NCBI GenBank assembly: GCA_035269015.1
Contig: DATFJU010000016.1
Coordinates: 4,610-68,609, forward strand
Source of the DNA: Patescibacteria group bacterium
GTDB lineage: Bacteria; Patescibacteriota; Patescibacteriia; Patescibacteriales; UBA12465
Length of the DNA: 64,000 bases
Direction: 5' to 3'
The notes under the pieces were generated by a model that had not been told where the DNA came from, searched no databases, and was given only the letters and a program-made list of their open reading frames with translations. Both the position numbers and the translations under genes were made by a program. Position 1 is the stretch's first letter. Each line of letters begins with the position of its first letter. This document shows, one piece after another, positions 19,160 to 29,500 of this stretch.

Positions 19160-19720
19160 ATGGATAAAAATGAATCTCAATTAATTAAAAAATGTCAAAA
19201 CGGTTCTTTGGAAAGCTTTGGCCCCTTGTATGATAAGTATATTAAGAAAATATATAATTATCTGTATTATAGGGTGCCTGATAAAGCTGTGGCAGAGGAC
19301 GTTTGTAGTCAAACTTTTATTAAAGCTTTAAAAGCAATTAATTCTTATAGTGAAAATAAGGGAACTTTTTCAGCTTGGCTGTACAGAATTGCTAAAAATA
19401 ATTTAATTGATTATTATCGTGCTTATAAAAATGATTTAAATGTTGATGATCTTTGGTATTTAGAAGATGATACTGACATTGAAAGCACTGCAGATAAAAA
19501 AGTTAAATTAGACAAAATTAAGAATTGTTTAAATCATTTAAAGAAAGAGCAAAAAGAAATTATTATTTTACGAGTTTGGGATGAACTTACATATAGTGAG
19601 ATTGCTGAGATTGTAGATAAAAGTGAAACTAGTTGCAAAATGATTTTTTCTCGTAGTTTGGAAAAAATAAAACAAGAATTACCATTGAGCTTATATTTAT
19701 TACTATTATTAAATTTTTAA
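19160..19720 (+). CDS. ECF-type RNA polymerase sigma-70 factor
   Basis: Region 2 (FGPLYDKYIKKIYNYLYYRV...AEDVCSQTF) and region 4 (LKKEQKEIIILRVWDELTYSEIAEIV). Confidence 0.8.
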   Translation: MDKNESQLIKKCQNGSLESFGPLYDKYIKKIYNYLYYRVPDKAVAEDVCSQTFIKALKAINSYSENKGTFSAWLYRIAKNNLIDYYRAYKNDLNVDDLWYLEDDTDIESTADKKVKLDKIKNCLNHLKKEQKEIIILRVWDELTYSEIAEIVDKSETSCKMIFSRSLEKIKQELPLSLYLLLLLNF

Positions 19721-19723
19721 TAT

Positions 19724-21298
19724 ATGGACAATAATAAAATGAATCAAATATTAGAGGATTTATATGAAATAGATCCTGATCTAAAAAAACAAGAAAAAAA
19801 ACTAAGAGAAATAGTTAAAAAATTACTTGCGTCTAAACCTGAAGTAAAAATTGATCAAAACTTTGTTAAAGATTTGCGAAAAAAATTACTTCAAGGTGAA
19901 GACAAAAAAGTAGCCTTTAAATTAAATTATATTAACAAATTCATTTATGCGGGCATAGGTATGGCTGTGATGGCTTTAATACTTATTCCTTATTACAACA
20001 ATAAAGATAATGACTTTAGTTTTAATAAACTAGCTAAAAATGATGGCATAAGCATTGAAGCTGTTAATGAGAAAGCCTTTGGTAGTTTAGGAGATATTGT
20101 TAGTAGTAAATCTGGCCCTGAAGATGACGGTGATTCAAATGGTTCAGTTGGAATCTTAGGTATGGGAACTGCTGAAAGTGATACTAGAGGTGATTCTGCA
20201 ACTAGTATGATCATGCCAATGCCTGCACGTGTTTCTTATGAATTTGAGTATGTAGGAGATAGCATCGAAATAGAAAAAGATAGTAGCTCTGTTATACAAA
20301 GGAGCGTTAATGGGGATATTCTTGCTACTCAATTATTATCATTTGATAAATTAGATATAGGGGATATTGATTATGGAAAATTTGATAATCTAAAGTTTAA
20401 CAATATAAGTTTATATGAGGATAGCGATAATGGATATATGTTAACCATTAATAGTAATGAAGAGAAAATTTCTATCTATAAAAATTGGCAAACTTGGCCT
20501 CGAGAGGATGGTTTAAATGAAAAGCTTGAAATTTCTGATATTCCTAGTGATGAAGTTGTTATTAATATTTCCAATAAATTTGTAGAGGAATACGGCATCG
20601 ATTTAAGTCCATATGGCGACCCTATAGTTGATAAGGAGTGGATTAGTAACTATGAAAGATCAGAAAATAAAGAAACGTTTTATATCCCACAAACTATAAA
20701 TATAATCTATCCGCTAGTTCTTGAAGATAAAGAAATATATACTCAATATAGCAATAAGTATGGATTAAAAGTACAAGTTGATATTAAAAACAATCACGTA
20801 ACTTCAGTTAATGAAATTGTTAATCACAACTACGAAAGCTCTAATTATGAAGTTGTTCAAGAAGAAAATAGGATTATTGATATTGCTGAAAGAGGGGGAT
20901 ATAGAAATTATAGCTATAATATAGAAGATGATAGTATAGAAAAAGTAAGAGTAGAATTAGGAACTCCTAGTTTAGAGTTAGTACGTCTTTGGAAGCATAA
21001 TCCTGCTGATAATAAAGCTCAAGAGTTATATGTTGAAGCTTATATATTTCCAGTGCTAAACAGCGAAGACAATAGTTTTTATAGAGACTATGTGATAGTG
21101 CCCATTATAGAAGAGTTAATTGCAGAAGATGAAAAACAGAATAATAATCTACCTAATAATATATCAAAACCATATATAGGTATTCCTGAACAATCAGGTG
21201 GTGGTACCCCTAGTGTGCAACCTAGAGATGGAGACCTGCCAAGAATTCAAGAAGATCAGAGTTCAGATGATAATCTGGAAATACAGATATTAAATTAA
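19724..21298 (+). CDS. Putative cognate anti-sigma / signal-anchored extracytoplasmic protein
   Basis: It starts 4 nt after the sigma gene. There is a short cytoplasmic N-part, one TM segment (FIYAGIGMAVMALILIPYY) and about 430 aa of extracytoplasmic sequence with no recognisable family. Confidence 0.45.
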   Translation: MDNNKMNQILEDLYEIDPDLKKQEKKLREIVKKLLASKPEVKIDQNFVKDLRKKLLQGEDKKVAFKLNYINKFIYAGIGMAVMALILIPYYNNKDNDFSFNKLAKNDGISIEAVNEKAFGSLGDIVSSKSGPEDDGDSNGSVGILGMGTAESDTRGDSATSMIMPMPARVSYEFEYVGDSIEIEKDSSSVIQRSVNGDILATQLLSFDKLDIGDIDYGKFDNLKFNNISLYEDSDNGYMLTINSNEEKISIYKNWQTWPREDGLNEKLEISDIPSDEVVINISNKFVEEYGIDLSPYGDPIVDKEWISNYERSENKETFYIPQTINIIYPLVLEDKEIYTQYSNKYGLKVQVDIKNNHVTSVNEIVNHNYESSNYEVVQEENRIIDIAERGGYRNYSYNIEDDSIEKVRVELGTPSLELVRLWKHNPADNKAQELYVEAYIFPVLNSEDNSFYRDYVIVPIIEELIAEDEKQNNNLPNNISKPYIGIPEQSGGGTPSVQPRDGDLPRIQEDQSSDDNLEIQILN

Positions 21299-21329
21299 TA
21301 TAGATAAAAGAAAGAAATATTAATATAAC

Positions 21330-21365
21330 AAAAAAGAGCTATCTTGGTTGATTTAGCTCTTTTTT
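21330..21365. terminator. Bidirectional intrinsic terminator
   Basis: aaaaaagagcta (21330-21341) pairs with tagctctttttt (21354-21365). It sits between convergent genes. Confidence 0.6.
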
Positions 21366-21387
21366 GTTATTGAGTAACTTATATTTA

Positions 21388-21945
21388 TTAAGCTCTTTCT
21401 ACATATTCTCCTGTCTCTGTGTTTATTCTAATTATATCTCCTTCATTGATAAATAAAGGGGCGTTGATATTTGCTCCTGTTTCTATTTCTACGGTTTTAT
21501 TAACATTACCGGCGCTGTTACCTTTTACTCCTGGAGGAGAAGATATTACTTTAAACTCCATTTTAATAGGGAGCTCTATGCTCACCGCTTGTGATTGGAA
21601 ATACAGCACTGTTACTTCTGTTCCTTCTTTAAGGTACTTAACTTGTTCTCCAAGTTGGTCTAAATCTAAAGAAAATTGTTCATAGGTTTCATTGTTCATA
21701 AAATATGCTTCATTTTCATCTTTATATAAATAATCAGCTTTTTTTCTCTCTGTTTCAGCTTCTTTCGCTTTATCATTTCCTTGAAAAGTTTTATCTAAAA
21801 CATTACCGTTAATTAAGTTTTTTAGTTTAGTTTTTAATACAGCTCCACCTCTAGCCATTTTATGATGATGTGTTTCAGTTATCAAGTAAGGTTCGTTATT
21901 TTCTTCAATAACTTTACCTACTTTAAGTTGATTAATGTTAAACAT
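21388..21945 (-). CDS. efp: Elongation factor P (Arg at the loop tip)
   Basis: EF-P length and motifs are present (LKVGKVIE..NEPYLI, VLKTKLKNL, FMNNETYEQ). The residue aligned with E. coli K34 is R32 (KMARGGA). Confidence 0.9.
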   Translation of the reverse strand: MFNINQLKVGKVIEENNEPYLITETHHHKMARGGAVLKTKLKNLINGNVLDKTFQGNDKAKEAETERKKADYLYKDENEAYFMNNETYEQFSLDLDQLGEQVKYLKEGTEVTVLYFQSQAVSIELPIKMEFKVISSPPGVKGNSAGNVNKTVEIETGANINAPLFINEGDIIRINTETGEYVERA

Positions 21946-21950
21946 AGTTT

Positions 21951-22157
21951 TTATTTATGTGTAGCAGAGAGTAAGGCAACAACCCTGGCTCTTTTTACAG
22001 CAGCAGTTAACTTTCTTTGGTGCCATGAACAAACCCCAGTTCTTTTGCCTGGTAATATTTTCATGTAGAAATTTATAAATTTACGTAGTGTTCTGACATC
22101 TTTGTAATCAACTTCTAAGTTGTTAGCACAAAAATAACATTCTTTATTTTTTGACAT
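21951..22157 (-). CDS. rpsR: Ribosomal protein S18
   Basis: CYFC...DYKDV..LRKFI...[31 protein letters not shown]. Confidence 0.9.
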   Translation of the reverse strand: MSKNKECYFCANNLEVDYKDVRTLRKFINFYMKILPGKRTGVCSWHQRKLTAAVKRARVVALLSATHK

Positions 22158-22180
22158 ATTATTTATTTATTTAATTTATT

Positions 22181-22636
22181 TTAAAAGGGTATATTTTCTA
22201 CTTTAATTTCTTCATCGTCACTGTTTTCTTCTTCTTGTTGAATAACCGGCTCTGAAGCTTGATTATTTTGAGCATAATTATTGTTAGTTGTAGGTGCGCC
22301 ACCTCCGCCTTTGCTGTCTAGCATGATCATGTTGTCTGCAACTATTTCAGTTTTATATCTTTTATTACCATCTTGACCTGTCCAATCAGATGTTTGTAAT
22401 CTTCCTTCAATGTATACTTTTGAACCTTTCTTTAGATATTGACCACAGATTTCTGCTAATTTTCTCCAGGCTACAATATTATGAAACTCAGCTTTTTGTT
22501 GTTTTTGTCCAGACTGATCTGTCCAGGTTAGATTAGTGGCTACAGAGAAACTGGTAACAGGCTGTCCATTAGCGGTAGAGCGAGTTTCAGGATCTCTAGT
22601 AACGTTGCCAATAATCATGGCTTTGTTTAAATCCAT
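22181..22636 (-). CDS. ssb: Single-stranded DNA-binding protein
   Basis: An OB fold (NKAMIIGNVTRDPE.R....G), a G/N/Q-rich linker and an acidic tip ending ENIPF. Confidence 0.9.
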   Translation of the reverse strand: MDLNKAMIIGNVTRDPETRSTANGQPVTSFSVATNLTWTDQSGQKQQKAEFHNIVAWRKLAEICGQYLKKGSKVYIEGRLQTSDWTGQDGNKRYKTEIVADNMIMLDSKGGGGAPTTNNNYAQNNQASEPVIQQEEENSDDEEIKVENIPF

Positions 22637-22652
22637 ATAAATATTGTTAATA

Positions 22653-23276
22653 TTATTTAATTAAATCTTGCGCATCTAAAATATTATCTAGTTTATCATC
22701 AAGGTCTTTTAAATTGTCATCTTTTTCTTTTTTCTCTTCTTTATCTTTTCTCTCTTCTTCTTTATCTTCTTTTTTGTCCGCTTCTTTATCTTTTTTCTCT
22801 TTTTCCTCAATTTTTTCCTCAACTTTTTCCTCAACTTTTTCTTCTTTTTCAGCACTTGTGCTTGTAGTTTCTTCTTTTTTGCTTGTCTTTTGTGTGTCTT
22901 TTTCGTCTTTATTTTTACTTAAAGCTTCTTGTTTAGCTTTTTCAGCATTAATTTCTTCTAAAGTTCTCTTCTTTATTTTAATAATTTGAAATCTAATAAT
23001 CTTATCAAATAATCTTAGATTTTCATTTAACTCTGGTAGGCTTTCAGTTTCTAGGTCGAATTCTAAAAGACTGTAGTAACCAAAGTGATTGTGTTTAATT
23101 GGGTAAGCTAATTTCTTTTTACCCCAAAACTCTTTGTAAGTTATTTCTCCTTTATATTTGCTAATAATACCTTCTACATCTTGAGATATTTTTTTAGCTT
23201 CTTCTTCAGTGTACTCATTAGCGATTATGAATAGAACTTCATAATGCCCTGGTCCTGATGGTTTTGTTTTTGACAT
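22653..23276 (-). CDS. rpsF: Ribosomal protein S6 with a roughly 100-aa K/E-rich C-terminal extension
   Basis: S6 core (HYEVLFII....EEEAKKI...V..IISKYKGEI...EFWGKKKLAYPIKH...GYY) in the conserved order rpsF-ssb-rpsR. The tail contains repeats such as EEKVEEKVEEKIEEKEKKDKE. Confidence 0.85.
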   Translation of the reverse strand: MSKTKPSGPGHYEVLFIIANEYTEEEAKKISQDVEGIISKYKGEITYKEFWGKKKLAYPIKHNHFGYYSLLEFDLETESLPELNENLRLFDKIIRFQIIKIKKRTLEEINAEKAKQEALSKNKDEKDTQKTSKKEETTSTSAEKEEKVEEKVEEKIEEKEKKDKEADKKEDKEEERKDKEEKKEKDDNLKDLDDKLDNILDAQDLIK

Positions 23277-23345
23277 AATGATTTTACGTTATATTGAATT
23301 ATATAAAATTAAAAATTAGTTAAATTATAATTTGATTAATAAAAT

Positions 23346-23382
23346 CCCAAAGTATTACAAACACTTTGGGTTTCTGTAATAC
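23346..23382 (-). promoter_or_regulatory. Candidate leader/attenuator upstream of rpsF (two mutually exclusive hairpins)
   Basis: Hairpin A is cccaaagt (23346-53) with actttggg (23363-70). Hairpin B is gtattaca (23352-59) with tgtaatac (23375-82). On the minus strand hairpin A is followed by AUUUUAUU. Confidence 0.3.
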
Positions 23383-23561
23383 CTTTAATTCTATTTATAT
23401 ATTATATATAGAATTGCGCCAATCTCTTTTGGGCGTGGGAAAGGTTGTTAATCAAATTGTTAAGTTAATATATCATAAGTATTTAAAAATTGCAATAGTT
23501 ATATATTTGTCAGATATGTTTAAATAGTATAATCTTTAAGTATACTTAAATTTAGTGAATT

Positions 23562-24746
23562 ATGTACAAATATATTTTTATTTTAGGTTCAAACCCTGGT
23601 TTATCATTAGCTGAAATTCTAAGTATTTTTAATATAAAAAAATATACTTTATTTACTGAAGCATTACTTGTTGAAAGTGATGTTGAGATAGATATTAAAA
23701 GAGCTATTGATACATTGGGTGGAACTATAAAGATTGCTGAGTATAAAACAGAATTAGCATATAAAGGTTTAAAAGAAGAGCTTGCTGATTTGATATATAA
23801 AGAAGCTTTAAATAGAGATAAAGGTAAGTTTAATTTTGCTATATCTTTATATGGTAATGTAAATGTTAATTATAAGAATATAGCAATTGGTTTAAAAAAT
23901 ATATTAAGAAAAAAAGTAGTGCCTTCTAGATGGGTGAAAGCTCAAGGTAAAGAAAAAATACTTTCTAGTGCTAGTGTTTATCACAATAAGTTGCTTAATA
24001 AAAGTGGTGTAGAATTATTACTTATTGCGAATGGTAAAACAGCAATTATTGCAAAAACTATAGAAGTACAAAGCTTTATTGATTATTCTAAAAGAGATTA
24101 TGGACGACCAGAAAGAGATAGCTTGTCTGGTATGATTCCCCCTAAACTAGCTAAGATGATGATTAATTTATCTGATGCTAAAAATGATGATAAGCTTTTA
24201 GATCCTTTTTGTGGTTCTGGTACTATTGTTAATGAAGCTCTGTTTTTAGGTTTGAAAAATATATATGCTTTTGATGTTTCAAAAAAAGCAGTAGAAGATA
24301 CAAATAATAATTTAAAATGGTTGAAAAAAGAATTTTCTCAAGATATTTCTAAAGTAAAAACTAAAGAATTGGATGTAAGAATGGTGTCAAAAGAATTACC
24401 TTTAAGTAGTATTGATGCTGTTTGTACAGAGCCATATCTAGGTCCGCAAAGAGGTAAGATAGAAGCACAGACTGTAAAAGGTGAGTTAGATAAATTATAC
24501 TCTGAAGCTTTAAAGGAATTGTATAAAGTTTTAAAACCTAAAGCTAAAGTAGTAATGATTTGGCCTATGTTTTTTCCTGAAAAAAGTCCTCTGTATTTAG
24601 ATCCTAATATTAAAGGATATCAAAAAATCAGTTATAAGTATTTAGCTGACTTAAACTTACTTAATAAGAGACATAACCTCTTTTATGGAAGACCAGGGCA
24701 AAGGTTGTGGAGAGAGGTTGTTGTCTTAGAAAAAGAAGATAAATAG
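23562..24746 (+). CDS. Putative RNA (guanine-N2/adenine-N6-type) methyltransferase, UPF0020/Trm11-like
   Basis: C-terminal SAM motif I LDPFCGSGTIVNEA. A catalytic TEPYLG sits in place of the (D/N)PP(Y/F) motif. The N-terminal domain is of THUMP-like size. Confidence 0.6.
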   Translation: MYKYIFILGSNPGLSLAEILSIFNIKKYTLFTEALLVESDVEIDIKRAIDTLGGTIKIAEYKTELAYKGLKEELADLIYKEALNRDKGKFNFAISLYGNVNVNYKNIAIGLKNILRKKVVPSRWVKAQGKEKILSSASVYHNKLLNKSGVELLLIANGKTAIIAKTIEVQSFIDYSKRDYGRPERDSLSGMIPPKLAKMMINLSDAKNDDKLLDPFCGSGTIVNEALFLGLKNIYAFDVSKKAVEDTNNNLKWLKKEFSQDISKVKTKELDVRMVSKELPLSSIDAVCTEPYLGPQRGKIEAQTVKGELDKLYSEALKELYKVLKPKAKVVMIWPMFFPEKSPLYLDPNIKGYQKISYKYLADLNLLNKRHNLFYGRPGQRLWREVVVLEKEDK

Positions 24747-24757
24747 ACTTCTTATCC

Positions 24758-24786
24758 TTGACATTTATATTATAATATGATATAGT
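24758..24786 (+). promoter_or_regulatory. Candidate promoter of the orphan gene
   Basis: TTGACA (24758-63), a 17-nt spacer, then TATAGT (24781-86). Confidence 0.4.
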
Positions 24787-24836
24787 AATATTACTCTTTA
24801 AAACAGAATAAATATAAACAAAAAAAACAAAAGATT

Positions 24837-25370
24837 ATGTTGAAATTCAGAACATCAAAATCAGTTATTAAAGATCTGGAACCAAGGTTAAAAGAACTAA
24901 AAACTAGATTTAAAACAATTCAAAAAGAAAATGATAAATTTAGTGCTCTTATTAGCTTGTTTGACTTGATGTCAAAAATGGAGGATGAAAAAAGTTTCTA
25001 TAATGAGTTGAGATTTCTTGAAAAAAGAAATAACAAAAAATTTGAAACAAAAAAAGAAGCTCTTAATAAGCTATGTTTTCATATTGCACGATGCGGTAGA
25101 GACAAGTATGGAATGAACCGTACTAATTATGGTGAGCCAGTTACAGCAGAAAAAGTTTTCTTAGGTGATATATTTGGAATTTTTACTTTGTCACTCTCAC
25201 AATGTTTTAAAGATGAAAAACAATTAAAACAGGAAAAGAGATATGATTTAGCAAAAGATTCAAACAATCCACCTACGGACTGGTATTTACTTCATGATCA
25301 CCAAGCGGGATCCTTTGTAAACACTCATACTAAGGAATCTTTGGAAGCAATTTCAGTATTGTTATCTTAA
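24837..25370 (+). CDS. Hypothetical protein (orphan, no family recognised)
   Basis: A 177-aa ORF with its own promoter-like element and a strong downstream terminator. I can name no motif in it. Confidence 0.45.
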   Translation: MLKFRTSKSVIKDLEPRLKELKTRFKTIQKENDKFSALISLFDLMSKMEDEKSFYNELRFLEKRNNKKFETKKEALNKLCFHIARCGRDKYGMNRTNYGEPVTAEKVFLGDIFGIFTLSLSQCFKDEKQLKQEKRYDLAKDSNNPPTDWYLLHDHQAGSFVNTHTKESLEAISVLLS

Positions 25371-25381
25371 AAAAAGATAAC

Positions 25382-25415
25382 AAAAAGGGAAGTTTTAAAA
25401 ACTTTCCTTTTTTTT
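25382..25415. terminator. Bidirectional intrinsic terminator
   Basis: gggaagtt (25387-94) pairs with aactttcc (25400-07), with one G-U pair. An A-run lies before it and T8 after it. It sits between convergent genes. Confidence 0.65.
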
Positions 25416-25433
25416 ATACGTAAAATGTAATTA

Positions 25434-26492
25434 TTATTTGTTAATTAAGAAATGACAAACATCTCCATCTTTTACTATATAATCTTTACCTTCAGTTCTG
25501 ATTAAGCCTTGTTCTTTGGCGTTTTTTTCTGAACCAGCATTAATAAGGTCTTTCCAATTAATAATCTCTACTCTAATAAAGTGTTTTTGAAAATCAGTAT
25601 GAATAACTGAAGCAGCCTCAGGAGCAGTAGCTCCTTTTTTTATTGTCCAGGCTCTACTCTCTTCAGGGCCTGTAGTTAAAAATGTTTCTAAGTTAAGGAG
25701 ACTATAGGAAGCTTTAATTAATTTATTAAGACCACTAGTTCCCATATTTAGTTCTTTAAGAAATTCTTCTTGTTCAGATGGTGGCAAATCAACAATTTCT
25801 TGCTCAATTTTTACATTTATTGCTAAAGTATTTTCTTCGTTTTTGTTTTGATATTTTTCTGGGCTATCCGTGTTAACAATATAAAGAATAGGTTTTATGG
25901 TTAAAAGATTTAGTTGTTTTATAATTTCTTCTTCTTTTTCACTTAACTCAACATCTCTTATAGCTACACCATTTTCTAAATTAGTCTTTAATTTTTGAAG
26001 TAGCTCAAAAAAAGCTATTTTTTCTTTATCTCCAGTTTTAGTTTCCTTTTGTGCTTTTTCCATTCTTTTGCTAATAGTGCTTAAATCAGCAAAGATAAGC
26101 TCAAGATTAATAGTTTCTCTATCTTCTTGAGGGTTGATTTTTCCAGTAACATGAATAATATTCTCATCTTGAAAGTCTCTAATTACCTCACAGATTGCAT
26201 CACATTCTCTGATGTTAGCAAGAAATTGATTGCCTAGCCCCTCACCTTTATGGGCGCCCTTAACTAGACCTGCTACATCAACAAACTCTATTGCAGTTGG
26301 GATAGTTTTTTGTGATTTTGATATTTCAGTTAAAGCAGTTAATCTTTCATCAGGTACCTCTACAATTCCGACATTAGGATCAATAGTGCAAAAAGGATAA
26401 TTAGAAGCTTCTGCTTTAGTTTTTGTTAACAAATTAAAGAGACTGGATTTACCAACATTGGGTAAACCAACTATAGCTAGAGATAATCCCAT
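25434..26492 (-). CDS. ychF: Ribosome-binding ATPase YchF
   Basis: G1 motif GLPNVGKSSLFN, then FCTIDPNVG and DVAGLVKGAHKGEGLGNQFL, plus a C-terminal TGS-like domain. Confidence 0.9.
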   Translation of the reverse strand: MGLSLAIVGLPNVGKSSLFNLLTKTKAEASNYPFCTIDPNVGIVEVPDERLTALTEISKSQKTIPTAIEFVDVAGLVKGAHKGEGLGNQFLANIRECDAICEVIRDFQDENIIHVTGKINPQEDRETINLELIFADLSTISKRMEKAQKETKTGDKEKIAFFELLQKLKTNLENGVAIRDVELSEKEEEIIKQLNLLTIKPILYIVNTDSPEKYQNKNEENTLAINVKIEQEIVDLPPSEQEEFLKELNMGTSGLNKLIKASYSLLNLETFLTTGPEESRAWTIKKGATAPEAASVIHTDFQKHFIRVEIINWKDLINAGSEKNAKEQGLIRTEGKDYIVKDGDVCHFLINK

Positions 26493-26519
26493 ATAATAGT
26501 TATTATAATATTAGTATAT

Positions 26520-29500
26520 TTATTGTGATTGTTTTTTTAGACAATCTTTTTTACATAAAGAAGTGTACAAGATTGGAACAATTATTAGGTTCAAAACAGT
26601 AGAAAATATTAAACCAAAAATTACAGCTAGACTAAGCCCTCTCCACATTTCATTAGCAAATATAAGAGGGAAAATACCAGCAATAGTGGTAATAGAGGTA
26701 ATAAGAATTGGTTGCATACGAGCAATCCCTCCTTCAATTACTGCTTCAGTAAACTCTAACCCATCTTTAATATTTTTATTAATTCTATCAATTAAAACAA
26801 TGGCATCATTTACTACAATACCAGCTAGTGAAACTATACCAATAAATACAGCAATTGAAAATGGCTGTCCAATAGCAAATAAACCTAAAATAACTCCAAT
26901 AATTGCCAAGGGTAATGCAAATAATATTATTAATGGCTGTTTAAAGGAGTTAAATTGCAATATTAATATTGCTCCTATTAAAAATATTGCAATAATCATA
27001 GAATAAAACATTTCCATGTATGACTTTTCAATATCTTCAGTTTCTCCTCCAATCTCTATGTTGCTATTATCTGGCAGGTTGTATCCTTCTATTTCTTGTT
27101 TAAAGTTTTGAGTGATTTCTTGTAGGTTGGCTCCCTTTTTAAGTTCTGCGGTAACGGTGGCAATTTGTTTACCGTTTTTATGCTCTATAGTTAAAAGTGA
27201 TGGTTCTAAGTTTAAATTAGCAACTTGTTTTAAAGGGATTTCTTCACCCCTTTGGTTGATAATTAATAGGTTTTTTATGTCATCAATATTAGTAAAATCT
27301 TCTTGTGCGTATTTAACAACTATATCGATATCTTCATCATTTAAGTTAACAGTAGAGGCTGTGGTGCCTGACAGGGCGTTTCTAACAGTGCTAGCAATAG
27401 CTGAGGTGTTAAGGGAGTAGTAATTAGCTTTTTGCCTGTCTATACTAAAAACAAATTCTCCAGTAGCATTACTCAAACTAGTTTCAATATTAATAGCATT
27501 ATTTACGCTTTCAAAATACTTCATTACCTTTTCGCTGTATTTAGATAAGGTTTTACTATTGTCTGAGAAAATCCTTACTTCTATGGGTGCTCCGCTAGGA
27601 GGTCCAGCTGCCATTTCATTGACTTTAACTTCTGCATCTTGTATGTTTTTTATTTGCTCTCTTAAGTTTTCTGCAATAGTAAAACTTGTTTTTTCCCTTT
27701 CATCTTTTTCTGAAATGTTTACTGTAATAGTAGCTTTATTTCTTGAGTCTGATGAGGACATCATGTCAGTACTCATTTCAGTGCCAATGGTAGTTACATA
27801 ATTTTTTAATTCAGGTATTGTGGCTACTTTTTCTTCAACTTTAGTGGTCACATCTTTGGTTTTTTCTAAACTTGAACCTACTGGCAATTCAATGTTTACA
27901 TAAAAATATTCAAAGTCAATTTTTGGAAACATTTCTATGCGCATAAGACCGGAAACAGGGATAGCAATAGTTGCTATAAATATAATCCAAGCACTAATAA
28001 TAATTGTTCTTCTTTTTTTCTTGTAAGGAAGTATGTTGCTTAGTTGTTTCCTGTATTTAGTGGCTAATTTAGATATTTGTTTATTAATAACTTGATGTCT
28101 TTTTTTATTTCTTCCACCACCATTACCATTTGTTTTAATTTTAAGGAATCTTGTTACTAAGGTAGGAATAATAATTAAAGCTACAAATAAACTGGAAAGC
28201 AAGGTTACAATTAAAGTTTTAGGAATGATACTAATGTATTCTCCCATAATTCCTGAAACTAGTAGCATGGGTAAAAAGGCAGATACAGTGGTTAAAGTTC
28301 CTGCAGTGATAGCAGCTTTAAAATTCCAAATAGAGAGTATAGCAGCTTCATAAACACTACGTTTATGTTTTACTACATATTCATTTATACCCTCTATTAC
28401 TACAATAGCATTATCCACCATTAGTCCTAAAGATAAAACTAATGAAAAAAGGACCATGCTATTTATAGACATATCTTGTAACATTAAAAAAATGAAGGAC
28501 ATTAAGAAAGCTATAGGCACGGCTAGAGCAGTAATAATTGCTCCTCGTAAACTAAGTATTGTTAACAATATTAAAGCGATAAGGATAAATGTTTGAATAG
28601 CACTTCCTCCTAAAATATTTAAATCTTCTTTAATGTATTTAGAATTATCATTAGTTTTTTCAATTTTTATTGTACTAGGTATAGTTTTGTTTTCTTGTAG
28701 TGAAGAAATAGTGTTTTCTGAATTATCTACAATATTTAAAATGTTTCCTCCAACCTTTTTATATATTTGTAAGGATATAGTATTTTGAGGATCTTCATCT
28801 GGATAGGCAATTCTAGACTCAGTAGACTTTTCTTTGTAGGTATCTTTGATTGTAGCGACATCTTCTAAAAATACAGGAGAGTTCTCATAGGTGGTAACAA
28901 CTAAAGTATTTAAATCACTAGCTTGAGTTATTTTACCCCTAATTCTTACTCCATACCTATATTCATCTATTTCAATAATACCAGCTGGTAAATTAAAGTT
29001 AGTGTTATTTATAGAATTAACTACTTGCCCTAAAGATAAATTATAAGTACTTAATTTGTTTTCATTTATTATCACTTGAAATTCTCTTTCTAGACCACCT
29101 ATTATCTCAACTTTAGAAACATCAGCTACTGACTCTAGTTCTTCTTGAAGTGTATCAGCATATTTTTTTAACTCACTATCACTATAATTACCAACTAAAG
29201 AATAAGTAACAATAGGCATATCACTAAGTCTTATTTCAGTAACTTCAGGACTACTAGCATCACTGGGTAATCTTGGTTTTACTCTATCAACAGCTTCTCT
29301 TAATTTTTGGAAACTATCTTGCAGGTTTGTTTCAGCGTTATATTCTACAAATACAGAAGAAAAGCCTAGACCAGAACTAGAGTTATAATTATTTAAATTT
29401 TCTAAGTTTTTTATTTCGTTTTCTACTTTATTTGTTATTAAAGTTTCAGTATCACTAGGACTAGCGCCAAGATAGGTTGTGGTAATAACAGCATAAGGAA

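Noticed and set aside
19993-22989. Antisense ORFs at 19993-20214, 21419-21685, 21862-22068 and 22714-22989
   Set aside because: They lie opposite the anti-sigma-like gene, efp, rpsR and the K/E-rich tail of rpsF. The conserved ribosomal and EF-P motifs fix the real strand.
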